Below, piece after piece: positions 8,857 to 17,487 of a stretch of 17,487 nt of DNA. Position numbers and translations under genes: made by a program. Under the pieces are notes generated by a model. That model searched no databases. It worked only from the letters and a program-made list of their open reading frames with translations, and was not told the DNA's origin. Source of the DNA: Octopus sinensis. Taxonomy: Eukaryota. The stretch covers positions 1 through 17,487 of the forward strand of contig NW_021824812.1 of NCBI RefSeq assembly GCF_006345805.1. The letters run 5' to 3'. Each line of letters starts with the position of its first letter. Within the stretch, counting starts at the first letter, position 1.

Positions 8857-9265
8857 TAGAAAAAAACACCTTTTTATCAATTCAAAATTAACTTTTATTT
8901 AAAATGGCGGTGCCCCAGCATTGCCACAGCTTGTGAGCTGAAACTAGATAAATAAAAAAATAAATTAAATTACACCATCTAGAAAATTACATATAATAGA
9001 AGTAGTAAAATTATATATGTTTTTATTTTTTTTTTTTGCAATTTACTTAATCATTGATATTTTATTGTTATTTTAATTTTAATACTTCTATTATATGTAA
9101 TTTTCTAGATGGTGTCATTTAATTGTTCATTTTGAATTGATAGAAGGTGTTTTTTTTCTAATTTTTTATGTATATATATTATATTGCATGAAATTTGATT
9201 TAGTATTTCTAAATTGAATTTTTTTTCCCTGTAAGTTTGGATTTATATTCCCTCAAATAATAATT
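8857..9265 (+). mobile_element. Fold-back element 2 with unpaired 3' tail shared with element 1, flanked by (TA)n
   Basis: Arms 8857-9013 (interrupted by a ~70-bp insert at 8893-8962) and 9074-9160 are reverse complements; tail 9217-9253 aatttttttt ccctgtaagtttggatttatattccct matches 642-674. Confidence 0.7.
8906..8962 (+). mobile_element. Short retroposon 3' tail inserted in the left arm of fold-back 2
   Basis: ggcggtgccccagcattgccacagcttgtgagctgaaac plus A-rich tail; absent from the mirror arm. Confidence 0.75.
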
Positions 9266-9278
9266 ATATATATATATA

Positions 9279-9498
9279 CTGGAGTAAGCACATAAATGTG
9301 AAACAAGGTGGGAAAAAGAGTACTCAAATACCAGAGGTAGAGTTATATGCTTTATTTAAAAGCAGCAGAAATATAACAAAAGCTGTTACTCAGAGTTTCA
9401 CATTCCCGTTCATCGGACAATTTTGTTAACAAAACTGTCCGACGAAAAGGAGCATGAAACTCTGAGTAACAGCTTTTGTTATATTTCCGCTGCTTTAA
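9279..9498 (-). mobile_element. Fold-back element 3: loop-less palindrome 9357-9498 with hammerhead-like motifs, AATAAA and tail ending at (TA)n
   Basis: Symmetry centre ttttgtt|aacaaaa (9427/9428), ~70-bp arms; the unpaired tail 9279-9356 reads aaataaagcatataactc...ctccag(TA)n on the minus strand. Confidence 0.7.
9383..9420 (-). ncRNA. Minimal type I hammerhead ribozyme-like motif, U4C core variant
   Basis: Minus strand UUGU CCGAUGA ACG-GGAA-UGU GAAA CU-CUG-AG UA ACAG; GUA triplet. The mirror copy at 9435-9472 (+) has CCGACGA and GAAAC but a decayed stem II. Confidence 0.55.
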
Positions 9499-10396
9499 TG
9501 CTTACAGCTTAGTTTTTTTTCTTGGGGCTGGCCGAGTTGGAGCAAATATCAGAATTGAACAGCCAAAATTTGCTATGATGATTCGGTGTCTGACTGAAGA
9601 TTGAAGGCTTCGAATGATTGTCTGTGTTCCGTGTTCGTCCTTCCTGTATTTCACGTTCATTATATATAAAAACATTCATTCTTATATTATTGCGGCGTTA
9701 CGTGCACCCCCCGTTTGTTTGTCCAATTTTAAACCCTGCACGACTTCTATACACACTGTCTTTTACTACCCGCCATTGCTTCTTCACCAAACTTTTTTGG
9801 CGCCCTCCGATTCTTCCCCTCTCTTCCTCCCATCCTCCTCCCCTCTTCCTCCCATCCTCCTTAATCCCTTCTTTCTCCTTCTCTCTTGGTCACTGATTCT
9901 GTCCCCTGCCTTCCACCCTCTTTGATTCCCTCTCTCTCTGTCTCTCTTCTCTCTCTCCTGACCTGCTGCTTCTTCAACCATTCTGTTGGCCTTCGTATCT
10001 CGACCAACATGTGTCCCCGCTACCGAAACGGTAATTATTCTTTACGCCAGCTGCTATGTTGTTGTTTTGTCTCATTTGGTCTAAAGTCGTATGACAACCA
10101 CCGTTATATACATTTTGTTTTTTCATTACTGTTTTCATTTCGTTTTCGTCTCTTGTATTCACATCCGTCTTGTGCGTTCACATTCCTGTCTTCTACCAAG
10201 AAATCTAATGCTTACAGCTTAGTTTTTTTTTTCTTGGGGCTGGCCGAGTTGGAGCAAATATCAGAATTGAACAGCCGAAATTTGCTATGATGATTCGGTG
10301 TCTGACTGAAGATTGAAGGCTTCGAATGATTTGTCTGTGTTCCGTGTTCGTCCCTTCCTGTATTTCACGTTCATTATATATAAAAACATTCATTCT
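9496..10396. repeat. ~900-bp element with ~190-bp near-identical direct repeats (9496-9682, 10206-10396), unclassified
   Basis: Both copies read taatgcttacagcttag...ggggctggccgagttggagc...aaaacattcattct; the interior contains a pyrimidine-rich tract at ~9805-9965. Confidence 0.85.
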
Positions 10397-10403
10397 CATT
10401 ATA

Positions 10404-10442
<39 letters not shown>

Positions 10443-10456
10443 TACATATATATATA

Positions 10457-10735
10457 TATATAATTAAATATAATTAAGGGGTAAGCAACAAGTTGCTTCA
10501 CCACATACCGAAAATTTAGAAATAGCAGCCAAAGACAGCCCATTCCTTTTTACTACTTTGGCTGCTATTTCTAAATTTTCGGTATGTGGTGAAGCAACTT
10601 GTTGCTTAACCCTTAATTATATTTAATTATATGTAAAAGTTTCTACCGATAATGCTTCTCTTTCCATACCAAAACTACTTGGTAAAATTTATTAATTATT
10701 AAATTAATAATTCTTTACCCTATATCTGTAATAAT
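10457..10735 (+). mobile_element. Fold-back element 4: ~77-bp near-perfect inverted arms plus unpaired tail, between (TA)n tracts
   Basis: 10457-10534 vs 10556-10632 (21-nt loop); tail 10633-10735; no hammerhead core in the retained part. Confidence 0.65.
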
Positions 10736-10741
10736 ATATAT

Positions 10742-11052
10742 ATCACCATGATCACCGTGACCGACCAGGCTATCAGATGTTACTATACATCGCTGGTCAC
10801 AATGCGCTTCGCATTGTTTTTAGCCTCAACTGACGCCACCCCGCTGGCTAAGTGAGCAGGCCAACAGCAGAAAGTGTGAGAGAAAGTTGTGGTGAAAGAG
10901 TACAACAGGGGTTGCCACCACTCCCCTGCTGGAGCCTCATGGAGCTTTAGGTGTTTTCGCTCAATAAACACTCACAACGCCCGGTCTGGGAATGAAAACC
11001 GCGATCCTACAACCACGAGTCCACTGCCTAACCACTGGACCATTGTGCCTCC
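10742..11052 (-). mobile_element. SINE family B, full length
   Basis: Reverse complement collinear with 1536-1838. Confidence 0.92.
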
Positions 11053-11081
11053 ACAATAATACATATATATACATATATATA

Positions 11082-11123
<42 letters not shown>

Positions 11124-11488
11124 CGTATTTTGGGATGGTAATTTTTTTCTTTTTGCCAAATAAACACACGCACTATATTTTTTTTTCTCTCACATATTAC
11201 TGTTCTTAATTTATTATTTTGACTCATGTCCATTGTCCAGAAATCTTTTGTTACATATCTTTGACCGCTTCAGCGATACTTTTCATTTTCATGCATGATC
11301 TTGCTCCACTCATACCATTCTGTTCTTCGAAGACGTGTATCCTTATGTGTATATATATGTATATATGTGTGTGTGTTTGCATTGCAATTCTTAGCATTTA
11401 TGTATTAGCCTTTTGGGTACTTCACTGGCAGTATATTGGATAAATGATATCCCATAGTGGGTTACTCATAACCCCTATCTCACTTGTA

Positions 11489-11523
<35 letters not shown>

Positions 11524-11650
11524 ATATATATTATATATATATAGATGAGTGTTATTTTTACCTTGTTAACAATAACGGAAAAAAAAATAAATAGTTACCA
11601 GGGCAGCAAAAATATTTGATTACACCTGCGTTAACTCCATTTTTTTATTC

Positions 11651-11652
11651 AA

Positions 11653-11687
<35 letters not shown>

Positions 11688-11729
11688 GTATATGTGTGTG
11701 TAAATTCATAGATATATATTTATATTCAC

Positions 11730-11770
<41 letters not shown>

Positions 11771-11848
11771 TGTTTATATATACATACTTATATATATATA
11801 CATGTTTATATATACATACTTATATATACATACTTTTATATATATATA
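11651..11848. repeat. Interrupted (TA)n/(TG)n microsatellite
   Basis: Direct reading. Confidence 0.9.
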
Positions 11849-11940
11849 TTGCTCCAGTCCACTCAGCTGGCAAAAATGAGTTATCTTGTGATAGACCAGT
11901 GTTCCATACAGAGGAACCAGGAAACTGGTTCAATGAGTCT
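11849..11940 (+). mobile_element. SINE family D, internal fragment
   Basis: ttgctccagtccactcagctgg...cagaggaaccaggaaactgg matches the reverse complement of ~8210-8323. Confidence 0.75.
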
Positions 11941-12016
11941 CTTTCTCTATATATGTGAGTGTGTGTGTGTGTGTGTGTGTATGTATATGTTTATGTACAT
12001 GTATGTATACATTTCT

Positions 12017-12180
12017 GGATGGTTGGTGTTTGGAAGACCATCCAGCTGTAAAAATCCTGATAAAGCAATCACAGAAGTTTGGTGCAGGCTTCTGCCTGGC
12101 TGGTTCCTGTCAAACTGTCCCACCCATACCATCATAGAAGGCAGATGGTAAATGATGATGATGATGATGATGATGATGAT
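12017..12180 (+). mobile_element. Diverged retroposon 3' end with (GAT)n tail
   Basis: ggttggtgtttggaagaccatccagctgtaaaaa...ctgtcccacccatacca...taaa(tga)n; homologous to ~4690-4847. Confidence 0.75.
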
Positions 12181-12354
12181 AGGTTTAACGAAAGTGCTCA
12201 CGCACTAGAAAAAAAATTCTTCTCAAAAAAGAGGTTAGTAAGTTCCTCATAAAAAAATTCATAACATTTTTTTAAAAACATCACCTTTACACTTCAAAAA
12301 ACTCATAGGCTTTCAGATATATATATACACACACAACACATAATATAGGCTTTT

Positions 12355-12537
12355 ATCTATAGATATATTATATATATATATATAGTATATGAGATACTAT
12401 ATATACTAGATATATAATATAGATATATATATAGATATATATAGATATATATATATGATCTTATATATATATATATGTATATAGATATATATATATATGT
12501 ATCTATATATATATATATATATAGTATATATATATTA

Positions 12538-12583
<46 letters not shown>

Positions 12584-12663
12584 TATCTATATATATATAT
12601 ATATAGTATATATATATATATAGTACTATATATATATATGTATGATATATATAGTATATATAT

Positions 12664-12753
<90 letters not shown>

Positions 12754-12830
12754 GGTATATATATACATATATATTATGTATAGATATATATATATATATA
12801 TACATATATAGTATATATATATATATTATA

Positions 12831-12879
<49 letters not shown>

Positions 12880-12889
12880 ATATATATAC

Positions 12890-12923
<34 letters not shown>

Positions 12924-12928
12924 TATAT
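12355..12928. repeat. Long interrupted (TA)n microsatellite
   Basis: Direct reading. Confidence 0.98.
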
Positions 12929-13533
12929 GCACACAAACACAGATATATTTGAGTATGTGTATTTATAATGTATACTCATGTACACATCTACATCTGCACT
13001 TACACACACACACAAACACACATACACACAGGTACATTATACATATACACACATATATGTATCACTATTTCTGCCACAATTGTCACTTACCAAACATCAT
13101 CTCGTGATCTCTTCTGTTTTCTCTCTCTCTCTCTCTCTCTCTTTCTCCATCATTTCACCCCCCCCCCCGAACAATCCCATGTTTCACTCTTTCACATATC
13201 AGCTGGCCTTCATGTTGGAAAACGAAGCACATGGCTTAACGACCCTTCATCTGCTCTTCACCTTTTCATCTTCTATATATGGCACTTTCGCTTTACCACA
13301 AAACATACCATCTCTCACTGAATCATGGCATTGCTTTCCCAAGATTCTTCATAACCAAAGACTCTAAGAAAAATGTCTATCATTCAATTTCTTTCTCATA
13401 TTTATCTTCCAGATATTAAAACTTTTTTACTAATTCCATTTTATTACTAATTTATATGGAAATTCCCTTTTGTTACCAATTTATATGGAAATACAATGTA
13501 GTTTCCATATAAATTTCTAACTATACGTATATA

Positions 13534-13939
13534 GGTGCAGGAGTGGCTGTGTGGTAAGTAGCTTGCTAACCAACCACATGGTTCCGGGTTCAGTCCCACT
13601 GTGTGGCATCTTGGGCAAGTGTCTTCTGCTATAGCCCCGGGCCGACCAATGCCTTGTGAGTGGATTTGGTAGACGGAAACTGAAAGAAGCTTGTTGTATA
13701 TATGTATATATATATATATGTATGTGTGTGTGTTTGTGTGTCCGTGTTTGTCCCCCTAGCATTGCTTGACAACCGATGCTGGTGTGATAACGTCCCCGTC
13801 ACTTAGCGGTTCGGCAAAAGAGACCGATAGAATAAGTACTGGGCTTATAAAGAATAAGTCCTGGGGTCGATTTGCTCGACTAAAGGCGGTGCTCCAGCAT
13901 GGCCGCAGTCAAATGACTGAAACAAGTAAAAGAGTAAAG
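13534..13939 (+). mobile_element. SINE family A, full length, young
   Basis: Very similar to 15050-15460 along its whole length. Confidence 0.97.
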
Positions 13940-14330
13940 CGTATATATATATATATATATACACTTGTTCATACACTTTTTTATACTCCTTTATTTTTTT
14001 TATTATACATATATATATAATTAATAATGTCAGAGTAATAAAGATTTTAGTAATTTTTACTACCTGTGGCCTAGCGTGTAGAAAAATTAGTCAATAGACT
14101 ATATATTATTCATATGAATACACTGTACATCTCAACACATAATAGGATTCCTTTCATGCTAGAAAGAACAGCTAAAGTCCAAACCACTATTAGGGATAAA
14201 AATTCTTGAGGGGAATGAAAAATAAAAACAATTATCATCTATTTCCTGGACCATGGTTTCTGACTTATTTTAGTAAATAAAATAATTTGTTAGGCAAAGT
14301 CTTCATCAACAGCATGAAAGGAATCTTGTG

Positions 14331-14870
14331 AACCACCACTACCACCACAACCACCATCACTACCACCACCACAACCACAACCACCATCACTACCACAACC
14401 ACCATCACTACCACCACAACCACAACCACCATAACAACCACCACAACCACCACCACAATTACCATCACTACCACTACAACCACCACCACAACCACAACCA
14501 CTTCCACTACCATAACCACCACCACTGCCATTACCACCACAACCACCACTACGACTATTCTCATCATCACCATAAGTAATATTACCACCATGTCAACGAC
14601 AACAACGCTGACCACCACCACCACCACCACTGCTACCACCATCGCCACTAGCACCACCAACACCACAACCAGCACTATAACATTAACACAGCATTAACAC
14701 CACCATCACTGCCACCACTGCTATCACCACCACCACCATCCCCACCACCACCATCACTACCATCACCACCACACCATCACCACCACCACCACCATCACCA
14801 ACCAACATCACCGCTGCCATCCTCAATACCTCCACTGCTACCACCACCACCACCATCGCCACCACCATTT
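14331..14870. repeat. Degenerate (CAC/CAA/CAT)n trinucleotide repeat
   Basis: Direct reading; gives the poly-His, poly-Thr and poly-Val ORFs. Confidence 0.95.
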
Positions 14871-15049
14871 TTCTACTGCTGCTACTACTGCACTCAGATG
14901 CTGCGGTTTGTTGCATTTGGTGTGTTGCAGCTGCGCGCAGGAAGTGCAATGACAATCTAAAGCAACTACAGAAAGAGAAAGAGAGAGAGAGAGAGGACTT
15001 TTAGAGTAGCATTCGACTGCATACATAGATATATGTATGTATGTATATA

Positions 15050-15212
15050 GGCGCAGGAGTGGCTGTGTGGTAAGTAGCTTGTTTACCAACCACATGGTTC
15101 CGGGTTCAGTCCCACTGCGTGGCATCTTGAGCAAGTGTCTTCTACTATAGCCTCGGGTCAACCAAAGCCTTGTGAGAGGATTTGGTAGACGGAAACTGAA
15201 AGAAGCCTGTCG

Positions 15213-15243
<31 letters not shown>

Positions 15244-15459
15244 GTGTTGTGTGTCTGTGTTTGTCCCCTAGCATTGCTTGACAACCGATGCCGGTGTGTG
15301 TTACGTCCCCATCACTTAGCGGTTCGGCAAAGAGACCGATAAATAAGTACTGGGCTTACAAAGAATAAGTCCCGGGGTCGATTTGCTTGACTAAAGGCGG
15401 TGCTCCAGCATGGCTGCAGTCAAATGACTGAAACAAGTAAAAGAGTAAAAAGAGTAAGA

Positions 15460-15460
<1 letters not shown>
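15050..15460 (+). mobile_element. SINE family A, full length, young
   Basis: tRNA-like head with A/B boxes, CORE-like segment, internal (TA)n, stem-loop tail, gagtaaaa terminal repeats. Confidence 0.97.
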
Positions 15461-15495
<35 letters not shown>

Positions 15496-15504
15496 AATAT
15501 TGGC

Positions 15505-15658
15505 TACTAATTTTGGTGCAAAACCTGCAATTTTGTGGGGAGGGGCTAAGTTGATTACAACGGCTCCCTAGCGTTTGACAAGTACTTATATCTTATTGAC
15601 CCCGAAAGGATGAAAAGCAAAGTCAACCTCGGCAGCATTTGAACTTTAGAACATAAAG
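15505..15658 (-). mobile_element. SINE family C, diverged partial copy
   Basis: ttgaccccgaaaggatgaaaagcaaagtcaacctcggcagcatttgaact is the reverse complement of ~1896-1945. Confidence 0.8.
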
Positions 15659-15673
15659 ATGGAATGTGAAAAA

Positions 15674-15823
15674 TGTGACTGGATGGTAAGAAGCTTGCTT
15701 CCCAATCACATGGTTCTGGGTTCAGTCTCATGCATGCCTCCTTGTGCAAGTGTCTTCTACAATAGCCTCGGGCCAACCAAAGCCTGATGAGTGGATTTGG
15801 GAGACACAAACTGAAAGAAGCCC

Positions 15824-15825
<2 letters not shown>
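15674..15825 (+). mobile_element. SINE family A, diverged 5' half
   Basis: ggtaagaagcttgcttcccaatcacatggttctgggttcagtc...aactgaaagaagccc. Confidence 0.85.
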
Positions 15826-15857
<32 letters not shown>

Positions 15858-16110
15858 ATCAGCAACAATTTAGATTCAAATGAAAATGGTACTTAATTTA
15901 GATGCACCAGAATTTTGTATGGTGTTACCCATAAAAATTTGCGGGGTGATTATAATAAAAAATAAGCAACAACGGAATCATTCTTGTTGCTTGTTTTTAT
16001 ATATATATATATAATATATTTATATTATATATATATTAATACTAATGGTAAGACAATAAAAAGATGGATTTGAGATCGATATTATGTAAACAGAGAAATT
16101 ATAGATATCT

Positions 16111-16141
<31 letters not shown>

Positions 16142-16590
16142 ATATATATAATAATATATATTAGAAGAAATATATAATACCTGTACATCATCTCCAAACC
16201 TTCCAATATATATATATATTATATATATACATAAATAATATTCACCTTACTTCAAGCTGTGCAGATAGTACCAGACTAACTTGGTGCTTCAATTTAAGTA
16301 CCTAATTCAATTGAATCTCCTTATATATATATATATATATCGTTGTTATTATGTTAAACTGTTGTATGTCCAAATTTGGCCAAATGCGTTTTTTTCCATA
16401 TTTACTTTTACTTGCAATAGCCAGTTCTTTTGGTGAAAGTATCGTATCTCCAGCTGCTTCAGATGCCAAGATATCAAAAATTGTCAAAGTGTAGTACAAC
16501 GGTTTTTCTATGGAATGGTGAAATTATTTTTTTCATTTTCTGAAAAAGCAACATTTTGGACTTATGACACTTTTGCATAATAGCAAGGAT

Positions 16591-16878
16591 TTATTCTATT
16601 GACCTTTTTTGCCAAACCGCTAAGTTACAGGAACATAAACACACCAACACCGGTTGGTGTATGTGTGTCTTTGTGTCTGCGTTTGTTCCCAACCACTGAT
16701 TGACAACCGGTGTTGGTTTGTTGACATTCCCGTAACTTAGCGGTTTGGCAAAAGTGATTAATAGAATAAATTCCAGGCTTAAAAAAATGTATTTGCATTG
16801 ATACATTTGACTAAAATTCTTCAAAGTGGTGCCCCAGCATGGCCACAGTCTAATGACTGAAACAAATAAAAGAATAAA
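16591..16878 (+). mobile_element. SINE family A 3' half preceded by an inverted SINE A internal fragment
   Basis: 16657-16878 is the 3' half on +; 16591-16656 is the reverse complement of 16704-16769. Confidence 0.85.
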
Positions 16879-16921
16879 AAACTGTGCTTTATATACATGC
16901 AAATGCATTTATAAATATATA

Positions 16922-17083
16922 GGTGCAGGAGTGGCTGTGTGATAAGTAGCTTGCTTACCAACCACATAGTTCCTGGTTCAGTCCCACTGCGTGGCACCTT
17001 GGGCAAGTGTCTTCTACTATAGCCTTGGGCTGACCAAAGCCTTGTGAGTGGATTTGGTAGACAGAAACTGAAAGAACCCTATC

Positions 17084-17115
<32 letters not shown>

Positions 17116-17335
17116 GTGTGTGTATATATACATATATATATATTTATGTGTTTGTATATGTACATGTTTGTGTATAATTCCTTGACAACTGATGTTGGTG
17201 TGTTTACATCCTTGTAACCTAGTGGTTCAGCAAAAGAGCCCAATAGAATAAGCCCCTGGGTCAATTTGTTTGACTAAAGGCAGTGCTCCAGCATGGCTGC
17301 AGTTAAATGACTGAAACAACTAAAGGAAAAAAAGA
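16922..17335 (+). mobile_element. SINE family A, full length with small internal deletions
   Basis: Collinear with 15050-15460. Confidence 0.93.
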
Positions 17336-17346
17336 ATATATATTAG

Positions 17347-17487
17347 TTTCAGCTTTTGGCACAAGGCCAGCAATTTCATGAGAGGAAGTACATCATCTAC
17401 ATTGACCCCACTGCTCAACTGGTCCTTATTTCATTGCCCCCGAAAGGATGAAAGGCCAGGTCAAACTCCAGCAGCATTTGAACTCAG
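17347..17487 (-). mobile_element. SINE family C, diverged, cut by window end
   Basis: ccccgaaaggatgaaaggccaggtcaaactccagcagcatttgaactcag. Confidence 0.8.

Noticed and set aside
9594-9625. CUGAAGA...GAAUGAUUGUC in the direct repeats resembling a hammerhead
   Set aside because: No GAAA in register and stem I cannot pair.
11235-11275. Minus-strand CUGAAGCG...AAAAGAUUUCUG possible decayed ribozyme
   Set aside because: Core and stems are too degenerate to call.
7495-13027. Numerous poly-Ile/Tyr ORFs (7495-8064, 11696-12201, 12357-13027)
   Set aside because: Translations of (TA)n microsatellites, which lack stop codons.
14265-14955. Poly-His and poly-Val ORFs
   Set aside because: Produced by a degenerate (CAC)n repeat that is open in several frames; no non-repetitive coding context.
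15784-15815. CUGAUGA followed by GUG/CAC stem
   Set aside because: Chance product of mutation within SINE A (consensus cttgtgag); no GAAA after the stem.
2350-17264. Recurrent peptides such as EDTCPRCHAVGLNPEP and RHLPKVPRSGTEPGTMWL
   Set aside because: Translations of SINE family A copies, not a gene family.
1-17487. CRISPR array or prokaryotic operon
   Set aside because: No regularly spaced repeat-spacer structure or dense coding; the sequence is eukaryotic repeat-rich DNA.

Overview
AT-rich, repeat-saturated eukaryotic non-coding DNA (intron or intergenic). The SINE families resemble those I recall from octopod cephalopods (Octopus spp.); this is an inference, not a search result. No intact protein-coding gene is supportable: almost all track ORFs are artefacts of microsatellites or SINEs. 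The window holds about 16 copies or fragments of one dominant tRNA-derived SINE (family A), three other tRNA-SINE families (B, C, D), two retroposon 3' ends with (GAT)n tails, and an internally deleted mellifera-type mariner with TIRs and a TA duplication. It also holds long (TA)n and (CAC)n microsatellites and a 900-bp element with ~190-bp terminal direct repeats. The most notable feature is a set of fold-back (palindromic) elements next to (TA)n tracts. Three sequence-distinct minimal type I hammerhead-ribozyme-like motifs occur at 472-516 (+), 7509-7551 (-) and 9383-9420 (-), two of them inside fold-backs. The architecture (inverted partial copy, hammerhead, tail, (TA)n) matches truncated Penelope-like-element termini.
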